In this document: piece after piece, positions 9,117 to 19,629 of the stretch
How the letters are laid out: each line of letters begins with the position of its first letter
Numbering within the stretch: the stretch's first letter is position 1
Origin: Campylobacterales bacterium
Lineage (GTDB): Bacteria > Campylobacterota > Campylobacteria > Campylobacterales > UBA6016
Assembly (NCBI GenBank): GCA_031960985.1
Contig: JAVRLX010000005.1
Coordinates: 1-48,740, forward strand
Direction of reading: 5' to 3'
DNA length: 48,740 nucleotides
Program-made: the position numbers and the translations under genes
Notes under the pieces: model-generated
Database searches by the model: none
Seen by the model: the letters and a program-made list of their open reading frames with translations, nothing else
What the model was told of the DNA's origin: nothing

Positions 9117-9778
9117 CTTTGAACCTCCGGCAAAGCTATATTTACTTTTTTAAGCAAAGCTAATGCGCCTACCGTCACGACGCCTTCCAAAACTCCAAAA
9201 AAGAGAACATGAGAGCCAACTACTGCCGGAATTGTCATATTTAAACCCAAAGGGAAAAACATAGGTTTGTTGCTCTCATCTACAAAAAAGATAGGCTCAA
9301 TCCCAAGGAGCACAGCAACAACAATTGAAGCCGCAACAATTGAAATATATCCAGCTACAAACCATGTTATGCGCTCATTTGCAAATTTAGAGACAAATTT
9401 TGCGCTCAGATGCGCCGCAAATGCGCCAACAAAGCCCATTGCAATAGCATTTGCTCCAAAAGTGAGAATTCCTCCATCGCCAAACAGCAGTGCTTGCAAT
9501 AAAAGAACTATGCTTATTGAAAATGTTGCCACCCAAGGGCCAAAGAGTAGGGCCAAAATTGCGCATCCAACGGCATGACCGCTAGTGCCCCCTGGAATTG
9601 GGACATTAAACATCATAATTACAAAGCTAAAAGCCGAAATAGAGGCCAAAAATGGGATAACATTTTCATCTCGCACAAGCTCAAGTGTCTTTTTAAAGCC
9701 ATAATAAAGGATGCCAGCCTCAGCCGCAAGTAGTGGGGTATAAACAACGGGGGAGAGGAAACCATCAGGAATGTGCAT
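9113..9778 (-). CDS. ECF nickel/cobalt S component (NikM/CbiM)
   Basis: MHIPDGFL metal-binding N-terminus, GTSGH, LFGDGG. Confidence 0.93.
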   Translation of the reverse strand: MHIPDGFLSPVVYTPLLAAEAGILYYGFKKTLELVRDENVIPFLASISAFSFVIMMFNVPIPGGTSGHAVGCAILALLFGPWVATFSISIVLLLQALLFGDGGILTFGANAIAMGFVGAFAAHLSAKFVSKFANERITWFVAGYISIVAASIVVAVLLGIEPIFFVDESNKPMFFPLGLNMTIPAVVGSHVLFFGVLEGVVTVGALALLKKVNIALPEVQR

Positions 9779-9792
9779 ACTTTTCTCCTTTT

Positions 9793-9821
9793 AGTAATAC
9801 TGTGTTAGGATTTTATTTACT
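9793..9821. promoter_or_regulatory. Possible weak NikR-type operator upstream of nikM
   Basis: agtaata-N15-atttact; second half-site imperfect. Confidence 0.35.
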
Positions 9822-9826
9822 TTAAT

Positions 9827-12070
9827 CTAAAACTCTTCTTTGGTTATGTGACCATTTAGATACAAAGAGGCAAAAGCGGCCTGTCCAACGCAAATAGATG
9901 AGTCATTTGGGGCTAATTTTTCGTGAAAAAAGAGATTTTTACTGCCCATCTCTCGTTTTAGTGCGCCAACCAACGCCGCATTTTGAAATACTCCTCCAGA
10001 GCAAAAAATTGGCAAATCGTATTTTTTGGATATATCCTTTACATACTCTGCTAAGGTATTTATAAACTTTGTGGCAACTAAGCTTGGATTATTGACTCTT
10101 AAAATCTCTCGCAACAGCGCTGGCATATCTAAAAGGCTTTCAAAACGACTTTTACAAAAAGGATCAAATAGCCCCTCAATCATAAGCCCACTCTCCCCTT
10201 CATAGGTTTTATCTTGTACCACACCAATAAGCGCGGCAACCCCATCAAAGAGTCTTCCCATTGATGTGCTTTTAACACAATTTATTTTTTTAAAAAATGC
10301 TTCGAACAATATTTTAATCTCGGCATCGCAAAAACCAAGCCTTTTGGCTATAGCCTTTGATTCCTCTTCGCTTAAAAACGAAAGAGACAGTGAAATAGCG
10401 GCTTTTTTTGGTTCTTTGGCAGCGCTCTCTCCACCAAGTAGCCAAAACTCTGGCAGATGCAAAACCCTGTTTATTTCATACTGATTTTTTACAAATACCT
10501 CTCCACCCCATATATTGCCATCATCCCCAAGTCCAGTTCCATCCCAGACTATGCCGAGCCCATCTGAATGTAGCTTATCTCTTTCAAACAAAGAGGCTAA
10601 AAAATGGGCTTTGTGGTGTTGAAGTTTTAGTGTTGGCGCTTCAAGAGAGGCGGCGTAGATGCTTGAGGCGTAGCGACTATTTTTATCGCATACCGCAAGC
10701 GAAAATTTAAGATTCCACAAAGAGCGGATATGCTCAACGCTTTTTTCGTAATACTCAATGGCATCTAATGAGTTTAAATCCCCTATATGAGAGGAGATGG
10801 CTATATTGTCCTCAAAACAAACTGAAAAACAATTTTTTTGATGTGCCCCTGCGCAAAAAACAGCTTTAGAAAAATAAGGAGCTTTAAAAAAAGATGGGGT
10901 ATAGCCGCGTGAATTTCTAATTTTTATCAGCGTATTGTCAGAGGCTCTAACCACTGAATCATCGCACCCCTGAACAATTATTCTGTCATAATAAAATGCA
11001 TAGTCAAAAGCGCCATTTAATTTGGTAAAAAGCCCTTTTTCATCAGTTATTATTGGCTCATCTGATATATTTGCGCTGGTTGCTACAAGTGGAAAATTTA
11101 TTAAACTAAATAAAATGGCGTATATTCCGTTATATGGTAAAAACGCACCAATAAAGGGGCTATTGTGTGAGATATGATAGCTTAGTGAGTAAGAAGTTGA
11201 TTTTTTTAATATGGTTATTGGTCTTTCATTTGAAGTTACAAGGCGCTCTTCAAACTCAGATAATTCACACTCTTTTTTAAGGGTCTGGATGGAGCCAAAC
11301 ATTACGGCAAGAGGTTTTTTAGCTCTCCTTTTTTTCTCTCTTAGGCGCATTACCGCTTCATCACTATCGGCGCGGCAGATTAGATGAAATCCCCCAACCC
11401 CCTTTATCGCTACAATTTTACCTTCATTTAAAGAGGTGGCTACATTTTTTAGTATTTTGCCTGTTTTTGAAATCTCCAAAATGCGACCTTGTTCACCTGT
11501 CAAGTAAAATGAAGGGCCGCACTTTGGACAAGAGATAGGTTCTGCGTGAAAGCGTCTATTTAAAATATTTTTATATTCATTCTCACACTCATCGCACATC
11601 TCAAAAAACCGCATTGTTGTATGAGCCCTATCATACGGCAAAGACTCAATAACTGTAAATCTTGGACCACAGTTTTGACAGTTGATAAGCGGATAAAAAA
11701 ATCTTCTATCTTTGGCGTCAAAAAGCTCTTTTTCGCAATCTTTGCAAATCGTAAGATCTGGTGGGAAAAGGGCATTTTTTGGACCGTTTGCACTACTTTC
11801 GGCAACAAAAAAATCATTAAAGTCTCTATATTTAGTTTCTCTAACCTCAATTTTTTCTATTTTTGCAAGTGTAGGGGGGTTGGCTTTTAGCTCATCTAAA
11901 AAGTTGTTAATTGATAAACTCTCTCCACAAACAACAATTAAAGCGCCAGACGAGGAATTTTTTACATTTCCTTTGAGGTTATATTTTGAAGCTATCCGGG
12001 CGACAAAAGGGCGAAATCCAACCCCTTGCACAACTCCACTAACGCTAATTTCAACACATCTATTTTGCAA
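9827..12070 (-). CDS. hypF: Carbamoyltransferase HypF
   Basis: GVVQGVGFRPF acylphosphatase domain, zinc fingers, KGVGGFHL, QHHKAH, DGTGLG. Confidence 0.97.
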   Translation of the reverse strand: MQNRCVEISVSGVVQGVGFRPFVARIASKYNLKGNVKNSSSGALIVVCGESLSINNFLDELKANPPTLAKIEKIEVRETKYRDFNDFFVAESSANGPKNALFPPDLTICKDCEKELFDAKDRRFFYPLINCQNCGPRFTVIESLPYDRAHTTMRFFEMCDECENEYKNILNRRFHAEPISCPKCGPSFYLTGEQGRILEISKTGKILKNVATSLNEGKIVAIKGVGGFHLICRADSDEAVMRLREKKRRAKKPLAVMFGSIQTLKKECELSEFEERLVTSNERPITILKKSTSYSLSYHISHNSPFIGAFLPYNGIYAILFSLINFPLVATSANISDEPIITDEKGLFTKLNGAFDYAFYYDRIIVQGCDDSVVRASDNTLIKIRNSRGYTPSFFKAPYFSKAVFCAGAHQKNCFSVCFEDNIAISSHIGDLNSLDAIEYYEKSVEHIRSLWNLKFSLAVCDKNSRYASSIYAASLEAPTLKLQHHKAHFLASLFERDKLHSDGLGIVWDGTGLGDDGNIWGGEVFVKNQYEINRVLHLPEFWLLGGESAAKEPKKAAISLSLSFLSEEESKAIAKRLGFCDAEIKILFEAFFKKINCVKSTSMGRLFDGVAALIGVVQDKTYEGESGLMIEGLFDPFCKSRFESLLDMPALLREILRVNNPSLVATKFINTLAEYVKDISKKYDLPIFCSGGVFQNAALVGALKREMGSKNLFFHEKLAPNDSSICVGQAAFASLYLNGHITKEEF

Positions 12071-13568
12071 TCTCGTAAAAGCCTTTTAGATTAGAGGGAA
12101 TAGTGTTTAGCGCCATATCGATATCTATATTTTTAATTTTTGATTTTAGTTTTGATACAAATACTTTGGATAGCAAAAATTCTCCGCCAACATGGAGCTT
12201 TTTCGCTTCAAAGCTTTTTTTGATTTCATCTTGGGAAATTATCAAAAAATCAACGGCTGATTCAAAAAATGAATACGCCAAAACCTCATCCTCTACTTCA
12301 GCTATTTTATAACTGAGGATAGATGAAAAACATTTTTTCAAATTTAAAAATACTGCGCCGTTTTCATTTTTAGAAAGAGTAAAATCTAGCTTGACGCCAC
12401 CAGCTATATTGGCTTTATTGGCTATTAACACTACGCTTTCAAAACCGCCGTCAATACCCAAAACGGCCGCCATTGCAGCAAAAAAACTTTGAATAGTAGG
12501 CATCTTATTAGAATCCAAAGAGTTAATAGCTTCAAATCTATCTGGCAATTTTGATTTAAAGTTATCAACTAATTTTTTACCAAATTCAAACTCTGCTCTA
12601 AGCTCATCCCAAATATTACCGCAAAAAAAATCAGCAGATAAGATCTTTTTTGAACCGACCCCCTCTTTGATAGCGTATCCGCCAAAATCATCAGATATAT
12701 TTAAGTCAAAAAATAATGAATCTACATTAACTTGGATCTTTTCGGCAGTAAAATCCTCATTTACAAAAAATCTATCACTACCGTTAAAATAAACCACCTT
12801 TCTATATGGCGCATCGCTCAGCGCCCCGTGGTATTCCAAAGAGATATCCGCCTTACTGCTTTGATGTATGTAAAGAGCATCCACTCCAGCGTCTGTGGCG
12901 GCTTTGGATAAAAGGAGCATAACCGCATCATTTGCAAAGCAGATTATTTGTAGCCCATTTTCTGTAAGTTTTAATACAAAAGGGCGCTCCATTGTGCTAA
13001 GACTTAGTGCCTCATCCATAGATATATCAAAACCTCTAAGATTTCTTTCGGTTAGATTTGTAATTAAAAACGCAGGGCTCTCAGCTGTTGACAACAAATA
13101 GCTATTTCTTTCATTTTTTATCCTTACCGTTCGCCCGTTTTTTAGCTCTTTAACAACAAAGTCCAAGCTCTCTTTAACTGCCCTTTGTCCCAAAATATCT
13201 TTGCTATCTATATTTAACGCAGTCTTACCTATATCAAAATACTTTTCGCTTTTGTCATCTATAAGATCCCTTGCTTTATTTGGATACATAGCCAGATACG
13301 AGGCCTCTTTTAGTGGTTGACGATTTGGGGGCATCATAGCCGCCTCTTCCACACTTTGAGAAGATAAATATAACGACAAAGGGAGCCTCTCGCCAAGAAG
13401 TGAAAATGCAGATTTTATATCCTCTTCACTGCCGTCTATGTATATTATTATCTCATCATCTGTTTTAATGACATTTGCATCGATATCTTTTAATATTTGG
13501 CTTATTAAATACGCATAATCATCGCTACTATTGTTAAATCCAAGTCTATATTTGATTACCAACTGCAT
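12060..13568 (-). CDS. hydE: HydE-like epsilonproteobacterial hydrogenase accessory protein
   Basis: ~500 aa between hydD and hypF; degenerate HypF-like C-terminus (YSFFES). Confidence 0.75.
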   Translation of the reverse strand: MQLVIKYRLGFNNSSDDYAYLISQILKDIDANVIKTDDEIIIYIDGSEEDIKSAFSLLGERLPLSLYLSSQSVEEAAMMPPNRQPLKEASYLAMYPNKARDLIDDKSEKYFDIGKTALNIDSKDILGQRAVKESLDFVVKELKNGRTVRIKNERNSYLLSTAESPAFLITNLTERNLRGFDISMDEALSLSTMERPFVLKLTENGLQIICFANDAVMLLLSKAATDAGVDALYIHQSSKADISLEYHGALSDAPYRKVVYFNGSDRFFVNEDFTAEKIQVNVDSLFFDLNISDDFGGYAIKEGVGSKKILSADFFCGNIWDELRAEFEFGKKLVDNFKSKLPDRFEAINSLDSNKMPTIQSFFAAMAAVLGIDGGFESVVLIANKANIAGGVKLDFTLSKNENGAVFLNLKKCFSSILSYKIAEVEDEVLAYSFFESAVDFLIISQDEIKKSFEAKKLHVGGEFLLSKVFVSKLKSKIKNIDIDMALNTIPSNLKGFYEIAK

Positions 13569-14094
13569 TTTCCTTAAAAAAATTATTTATTATTGACTTT
13601 AATGCTACATCATTTTTCTTTTCAAACTTAACGCCAAGAGAGCTAATTTCATCAAGCGCTGTTTTTAAATAATGGCCCATAGCAGAGATTATATCATCTG
13701 TTAGCGCATTTTCTACGCTCTCTGTATCTTTTGGAACAATGCCGATAATTACAACATTTGCCATCTTCTCAAGCATTGAACAAATTTCGAGCATCTCCAC
13801 TATCTCCACTTCGTGGGCAGTCTTTCGATAAGAGCCAAGCCCCAAAAGTTCTTTGGCTGGAAGTCTATATACGCTACCTGGAGCATCGTTTATGGAGACT
13901 GTATCTAAGATAATTACATTATCGTACTCTTGAAAAAGAGCCATAAGTTTAAAGCCAAGCACACCGCCATCAATGATTTCGAGAGAGTCGTCAAAAGAGT
14001 AGTTATTTTCAAGATATTTAGCGGCATAGACGCCGACCCCTTCATCTTTAAAAAGGACGTTGCCTACGCCGATTAGAAGATTGCGAGCGCTCAA
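13546..14094 (-). CDS. hydD: Hydrogenase maturation endopeptidase
   Basis: GVGNVLFKDEGVG, DGG, TAHE. Confidence 0.94.
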   Translation of the reverse strand: MSARNLLIGVGNVLFKDEGVGVYAAKYLENNYSFDDSLEIIDGGVLGFKLMALFQEYDNVIILDTVSINDAPGSVYRLPAKELLGLGSYRKTAHEVEIVEMLEICSMLEKMANVVIIGIVPKDTESVENALTDDIISAMGHYLKTALDEISSLGVKFEKKNDVALKSIINNFFKENAVGNQI

Positions 14095-14795
14095 GCCTTA
14101 TCGGCTTTTACAAATTTCTCACCGCCAAAGACGATGGCTATATCTCCCTCTCTCCAGAATATAGTTCTCCATACCTGGTAGTAAATGTGGAAAATAGTCC
14201 ACGCTATAATCCACCACATCATAATATGATGCACTATTCTAACACCCATATTGCCACCAAAAACCCATAGCGTCCAATCTGTTGCAATATGAAGTAGTAA
14301 TGGCCACCATCCCCCAACAGAGCTAAGCCCAGATTCTAATCCATGAACATAGAGCTGAAGACCAGTTAGAAGCATCAAAATCAGCAAAATATGAAACACC
14401 GTAAAGTAAACGATATTAAAGCTATCTGAGTGTTTTGAATCAAAATTTTTGCGTCTATTAAATGTCATTAAATTGACAAAGACCTCCCAAAACTCGGTTA
14501 GGTTTTCTTTGTTTGGGATAAGCTTTAAATATGGCTTTTCAAACCTACTAAAAAAATACAAATAGGCAATTACAATAGAGGTAACATCCAAAATAATTGC
14601 CCCTATAAAGTGAATTAGCCTATTGTATGCCATCACATATTTATCTACCGCCGGATCGGCTATAAAGCTTTGGTAATAAGGGTGCCCTATATAAAGACCC
14701 GTTATTACGCAAGCTAGTATAGATATAGCGTTTGCCCAGTGTATAATACGACCGGCCACGGTCATTCGCTTAACCCTCACTGCCATCTTAGACAT
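14091..14795 (-). CDS. hydC: [NiFe]-hydrogenase cytochrome b subunit
   Basis: Four TM helices with heme His ligands (IHW, IH, HH, HIY); start moved to ATG at 14795. Confidence 0.93.
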   Translation of the reverse strand: MSKMAVRVKRMTVAGRIIHWANAISILACVITGLYIGHPYYQSFIADPAVDKYVMAYNRLIHFIGAIILDVTSIVIAYLYFFSRFEKPYLKLIPNKENLTEFWEVFVNLMTFNRRKNFDSKHSDSFNIVYFTVFHILLILMLLTGLQLYVHGLESGLSSVGGWWPLLLHIATDWTLWVFGGNMGVRIVHHIMMWWIIAWTIFHIYYQVWRTIFWREGDIAIVFGGEKFVKADKA

Positions 14796-16533
14796 TGCAC
14801 ACCCCCGCACTTGGAGATATTTTGAATGCGCCAAGCTCTTTGCCTTTCGTATCTACTATGTGTACGGCGCAAGCGATACACGGATCAAAGCTGTGAATAG
14901 TTCGTAAAATTTCAAGCGGTTCATTTGGATTTGCTACTTTTGTTCCAACCAAAGAAGCCTCATATGCACCCATTCTCCCTTTTGCATCCCTCGGACTTGC
15001 ATTCCATGTTGATGGAACGACACATTGGTAGTTTTCGATTTTGCCATCTTTTATTTTTACCCAGTGACCAAGCGCCCCTCTTGGAGCCTCTGCCATACCG
15101 TAGCCTTCTGCATCTTTTGCTACTTTGTCAAAGTCGAATTCTGTCCATGTGTCTAACTGCCCACTTGTTGTGTTTTTTAAAAGCTCGTCTGTCCACTCCA
15201 TCATCGCATCAGCCATAAGCTCTGTTTCAATAGCCCTTGCGGCTGTTCTACCTACTGTAGAAAATAGCGCTGTTAGCGGAACTTGAGATCCAACGTGAGC
15301 ATTAAGTTTTCCAAAGAAGCCATCAACATATGATTTAATTCTCTTATCACCCCTAGCATATCCAACTACCATTCTAGCTAACGGCCCAACTTCAACTCTA
15401 TTGTCGTTGTAAATCGGAGCTTTAATCCATGAATATTTATTTTTTGTATCAAGATATGCTATTCCATTCTCTTTTTTACCAAAGCCTGTATATTCAGGGA
15501 TTGTCTCACCTTTGAAAGGATGACGCGGAGTTGTCCCTTTGTACCATGAGTGTGTTACATCCTCTACAATTTTTGCTTGGTCTAAATCAAGAACCTTGCT
15601 TAGATCTTTGTTTAGCACTACACCGCTTGGGAATAGTAGAGAGGCTTTGTAAAACTCGTTATCATCGAGTCTAAAATCCCCATAACTCATAAAGTTTCCA
15701 AGTCCGCCGCCAACTCCAGCGAGAGCCTCATCTGCATAAGCTTTACCCGCAAGAATCACATCAGGTATGTATGCATTTTTAGCAAAATCTTGACCCTTTT
15801 TGAGCCACTCTTTAAATTGTGCTATACGGGCAGGATTTTGAATATCTTGAACGCAAGTTACGCCGCCAACGACAAAGCTTTGAGGGTGAGGCATTTTGCC
15901 CCCAAATATTGCCATCATTTTTGCAAGGTCTTTTTGAAGATCTAGCGCATCAAGATAGTGGGACAAAATAATTAGATTCTCTTCCGGATTTAGTTTGTAA
16001 GCTTTGCTCCCCCAATATCCGTTACCAAAAATGCCTAGTCTTCCTTGTTTTACAAACTTCGTAACTCTCTCTTGAACAGCTTTATATGTAGCTTCGCTTA
16101 CATTCCAAGGTTTTGCAGATACTTTATTTGCTATCTCTACTGCTTTTTTAGGGTCAGCTTTTAGCGCAGATACCACATCTACCCAGTCAAGTCCGTGCAG
16201 ATGGTAGAAGTGAACTATATGATCATGCACATAAAGGGCGCCCTGAACAAGATTTCTTACAAGTCTTGAATTTTTAGGGATTTTTACTTTAAATGCATGC
16301 TCTACAGCTTCAATACTTCTTTGGTAGTGTGTCCCTGTGCAAACCCCACAGATTCTCATGGCAAGAAGACCAGCGTCTCTTGGGTCTCTCCCCTTTAGTA
16401 TTGTCTCAATACCTCTAAACATTGTGGAGGCGCTATAAGCATCAACTATTGTGTTATTATCATCAATTACAACCTCAACCCTTAAGTGTCCTTCAATCCT
16501 TGTTATTGGATCTATTACTATGTGTTTGCTCAT
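14788..16533 (-). CDS. hydB: [NiFe]-hydrogenase large subunit, group 1b type
   Basis: DPITRIEGH, L1 RICGVC, L2 DPCIACAVH followed by a cleavable C-terminal extension. Confidence 0.97.
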   Translation of the reverse strand: MSKHIVIDPITRIEGHLRVEVVIDDNNTIVDAYSASTMFRGIETILKGRDPRDAGLLAMRICGVCTGTHYQRSIEAVEHAFKVKIPKNSRLVRNLVQGALYVHDHIVHFYHLHGLDWVDVVSALKADPKKAVEIANKVSAKPWNVSEATYKAVQERVTKFVKQGRLGIFGNGYWGSKAYKLNPEENLIILSHYLDALDLQKDLAKMMAIFGGKMPHPQSFVVGGVTCVQDIQNPARIAQFKEWLKKGQDFAKNAYIPDVILAGKAYADEALAGVGGGLGNFMSYGDFRLDDNEFYKASLLFPSGVVLNKDLSKVLDLDQAKIVEDVTHSWYKGTTPRHPFKGETIPEYTGFGKKENGIAYLDTKNKYSWIKAPIYNDNRVEVGPLARMVVGYARGDKRIKSYVDGFFGKLNAHVGSQVPLTALFSTVGRTAARAIETELMADAMMEWTDELLKNTTSGQLDTWTEFDFDKVAKDAEGYGMAEAPRGALGHWVKIKDGKIENYQCVVPSTWNASPRDAKGRMGAYEASLVGTKVANPNEPLEILRTIHSFDPCIACAVHIVDTKGKELGAFKISPSAGVCNV

Positions 16534-17771
16534 TAGTTATCTCCCTCCCCACTTTTTTTACCAGCAAATGCGCTAATAGCCGCATGAACACCTATGCCTA
16601 TTGCGGCGGCAGTTACAAGACCCATGCCAAACTCATCAATAGCTTTTTCTACGCCGCCGCCCGGCGCTTTGATATTGGCATTTGCCATCGGTCTTTCATA
16701 GGCATACTTATCCCAAAAATCAGGCTCAGAACATCCAATGCACCCTCTACCTACACCGATAGGCCAGTTGGTGCCTTCGTTGTATCTAATGATAGAGCAG
16801 TTATTAAATGTCATAGGCCCTTTGCACCCCATTTTGTACAAGCAGAAGTTATTTTTTGCACCTTCATCGCCCCATTTTTCTACAAATTCACCAGCGTCAA
16901 AGTGTGCTCTTCTCTCGCAATTATCATGAATTCTATACCCAAATGCAAATTTAGGTCTAAGCAGATGGTCAAGCTCAGGTATTGTTCCAGTCATAATGTA
17001 ATGAAGTACTACACCCACCATATTTGCAGGATTTGCAGGGCATGCAGGTATGTTGATTACAGGCTTGCCTTTTACTATATCCATAACGCCAACAGCGCCC
17101 GTAGGATTTGGCGCAGCTGCAGGGACACCCCCAAATGTTGCGCAAGAGCCAACAGCTACAACAGCCGCCGCATCGGCAGCTAGTCTTTTTAGGTGTTCTT
17201 CAAAAGTCTCGCCACTTGCCCCTATAGTTCCATAGATGCCTTTATCCTTCGTAGGAATTGAACCTTCCACAAAAAGAATATATTTGCCTTTAAAGGTGTG
17301 CATACCATCTTCAAGTTGTTTATCTGCTTGATGACCAGCGGCCGCCATAAGGGTCTCATGGTATTCAAGGCTAATGATATCAAACAATAAATCATCTACC
17401 GTAGGAGCAGAACTTCTAAGAAGCGCCTCTGAGTTTCCGGCACAATCTTGAAGCTCTATCCAAATTACAGGGGCTCTATTCATAAGCTCTGCCGCCTGGG
17501 CAACCAAAGGCTCAAAGAAAGAAGGGAGCATCAATGTAGCCGTCGTGGCCGATACCCATTTAAGAAAGTCCCTTCTTGTTATGTTATTTGCCTCAAGTGT
17601 TTCGTAAATATCAAACTCTGATTTTGAAGTATTCTCTTTTTTGAGAGCTTCAAGTCTTATTTTACATTTTTCATATAAGGCTTTATAATAACTATCGCCC
17701 TTGTTTGTATTCACATACGAAGGCGTAGTTGTAAATGCCGTTATGACCGGCTCGTGACAGCTATTTTGCAT
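16533..17771 (-). CDS. hydA: [NiFe]-hydrogenase small subunit with Tat signal
   Basis: TRRDFLK Tat motif, DCAGNSE, Fe-S cysteines, C-terminal TM anchor; strong RBS. Confidence 0.96.
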   Translation of the reverse strand: MQNSCHEPVITAFTTTPSYVNTNKGDSYYKALYEKCKIRLEALKKENTSKSEFDIYETLEANNITRRDFLKWVSATTATLMLPSFFEPLVAQAAELMNRAPVIWIELQDCAGNSEALLRSSAPTVDDLLFDIISLEYHETLMAAAGHQADKQLEDGMHTFKGKYILFVEGSIPTKDKGIYGTIGASGETFEEHLKRLAADAAAVVAVGSCATFGGVPAAAPNPTGAVGVMDIVKGKPVINIPACPANPANMVGVVLHYIMTGTIPELDHLLRPKFAFGYRIHDNCERRAHFDAGEFVEKWGDEGAKNNFCLYKMGCKGPMTFNNCSIIRYNEGTNWPIGVGRGCIGCSEPDFWDKYAYERPMANANIKAPGGGVEKAIDEFGMGLVTAAAIGIGVHAAISAFAGKKSGEGDN

Positions 17772-17860
17772 ATCCTCTCCCCCTTATTTTATAGGCTTAC
17801 TTAAACTCCGAATTCTAGTTCAGCAAATCTTAATTGATTATTAATTTTTAACGATTTGTT

Positions 17861-17891
17861 AAGTATTATTTACATTATTTTAGTAATACTT
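17861..17891. promoter_or_regulatory. NikR-type operator upstream of hydA
   Basis: Perfect 8-bp IR aagtatta-N15-taatactt, matching the Helicobacter NikR pattern TRWYA-N15-TRWYA. Confidence 0.7.
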
Positions 17892-17906
17892 GCCCGTTTT
17901 TTATTA

Positions 17907-17924
17907 TTGGAACTTTTTTTGCTT
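17907..17924 (+). promoter_or_regulatory. Sigma54 -24/-12 promoter
   Basis: ttGGaactttttttGCtt with exact GG-N10-GC spacing, ~40 bp upstream of ATG 17962. Confidence 0.8.
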
Positions 17925-17961
17925 AAACACATCAAAACACTATAAACAAAGGCGGCACACA

Positions 17962-18567
17962 ATGAATGTCGATTTTTTAATAAAAACGAATCCGTTTAAC
18001 GTTCCTGGCATCCAAACACAAAAAACAGCTGAGAGCGAAATAAAGAAAAATGAGGGAGTTGCACAGGCCACACCTGCCCAAACAAAAGCCCCATCCAGTG
18101 CAAATTTTGTTCAAAAAATAAAAGACACAAACGACGCTGTGGGTTTTATCCAAACTGCTCAAGCATTTTTAAACAAACTTGATAAAGATGGTATACACAG
18201 CTTTGAAGACGCAAGAGAGCTTGCAAAAAGCTTCTCTTTTACCGGAAAATCGGTAGATTCAAAACAGAGCTTTGATACGACCGCTGGAGTCATACATATC
18301 GATATAACCTCTGAAGAGATTGGGTTTGGAAGCGATTTTGAGAGTTGGAAAGCAAATGCATCTGAGATGTTAAAAGCCAAAAAAGAGCAAATATCAAATC
18401 CCCTTGCGGCGTTCGGGGCGGCCAAAAAAGAGCAAATGGACAATGCGGCGCAAAAAATAAACACACAAAACCAAAATCCAAAACTAGGCTCATTATTTGA
18501 TGGAATCAACGAAAGCCTAAATAAGTTTGAACAAAAAGCTAACGAAATAGGTAATGCTATTTTCTAA
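17962..18567 (+). CDS. Flagellin-N-like protein, probable HP1076-type FliS co-chaperone
   Basis: IKDTNDAVGFIQTAQAFLNKL resembles the flagellin/HP1076 helix; sigma54 promoter upstream; start moved to ATG 17962 after AAGG. Confidence 0.6.
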   Translation: MNVDFLIKTNPFNVPGIQTQKTAESEIKKNEGVAQATPAQTKAPSSANFVQKIKDTNDAVGFIQTAQAFLNKLDKDGIHSFEDARELAKSFSFTGKSVDSKQSFDTTAGVIHIDITSEEIGFGSDFESWKANASEMLKAKKEQISNPLAAFGAAKKEQMDNAAQKINTQNQNPKLGSLFDGINESLNKFEQKANEIGNAIF

Positions 18568-19178
18568 TGCCAGGCAGCATATGCATCATACTTAGCGGGG
18601 GTAAAAGCTCTCGGATGAAAGAGGACGCCGGAGTTGACAAGGCGTTCCTTGATTTTTACGGTAAACCTCTTTACGCAAGACAATTTGAGAAGCTCTCTCG
18701 CATATTCAAAAAAGTCTACTTGTCGGCAAAAAAACCAACCAATTACCCAGAAATACCTTCCGAAAATATCATAGAAGATTTAAAAAAAGTGGCGAATATC
18801 GATACAAGCGCACTTTTCGCCCCTACTCTTGGGATGTTAAGCGCGTTTGAAAGCACAAAAGCCGAAAAGCTATTTTTTATCGGAGTGGACACCCCTTTTA
18901 TTTCAGAAAATTCAATTGGCAAAATAGTATCGCATCCCGCAACGCACAAAGCCGCAATATATAACGGAAAAATCCATCCAACTGTTGGAATGTATGATAA
19001 GAGCATTTGTAGCGAACTAACCGAAATGATAAAAAACGACAAGCACAAATTAACCATGCTTTTAGAGAAAATCGGTACAATTTTCGTAGATTTAGATGAC
19101 GAAGCAGAACTTGCTAACCTCAACAGATACGAAGATTATGAGAAGGTAATAAAAGATGGAGTTAACCCATTTAGATGA
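18567..19178 (+). CDS. mobA: Molybdenum cofactor guanylyltransferase
   Basis: [23 protein letters not shown]. Confidence 0.92.
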   Translation: MPGSICIILSGGKSSRMKEDAGVDKAFLDFYGKPLYARQFEKLSRIFKKVYLSAKKPTNYPEIPSENIIEDLKKVANIDTSALFAPTLGMLSAFESTKAEKLFFIGVDTPFISENSIGKIVSHPATHKAAIYNGKIHPTVGMYDKSICSELTEMIKNDKHKLTMLLEKIGTIFVDLDDEAELANLNRYEDYEKVIKDGVNPFR

Positions 19179-19629
19179 AAATAATCTACCAAAAATGGTA
19201 GATGTGTCGGACAAAAACGAAACGCTCAGGGTTGCCGTAGCTAGCGGCACAATAAAAATGAGCGCTGAGGCGTACAAAGCGGTCAAAGAGGGCACGGCAA
19301 AAAAGGGACCTGTACTTCAAACGGCAGTCATAGCCGCCGTAATGGGAGCTAAAAAGACAAGTGAGCTTATCCCAATGTGCCACCCACTAGCCCTATCCTC
19401 GGTCAAATGCGACATAGAAGAGATAGACGCTCTACCTGGATTTAAAATGTATGTTACTGTCAAAATGGAAGGAAAAACAGGGGTTGAGATGGAAGCGTTA
19501 ACAGCGGTATCAACCGGACTGCTCACAATATACGACATGGTAAAAGCGATAGATAAAGGGATGGAAATAAGTGATATAAGGCTGGAAAGCAAAGTCGGAG
19601 GTAAAAGTGGCGAATATATTAGAGGGTAA
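19156..19629 (+). CDS. moaC: Cyclic pyranopterin monophosphate synthase
   Basis: [33 protein letters not shown]. Confidence 0.97.
   Translation: MELTHLDENNLPKMVDVSDKNETLRVAVASGTIKMSAEAYKAVKEGTAKKGPVLQTAVIAAVMGAKKTSELIPMCHPLALSSVKCDIEEIDALPGFKMYVTVKMEGKTGVEMEALTAVSTGLLTIYDMVKAIDKGMEISDIRLESKVGGKSGEYIRG

Noticed and set aside
16422-17183. 253-aa plus-strand ORF and similar antisense ORFs (7553-8020, 42683-43156, 47495-48043)
   Set aside because: Shadow frames of well-supported genes on the opposite strand, with no motifs.
17962-18567. True flagellin
   Set aside because: Too short and lacks the conserved flagellin N- and C-terminal D0 motifs.
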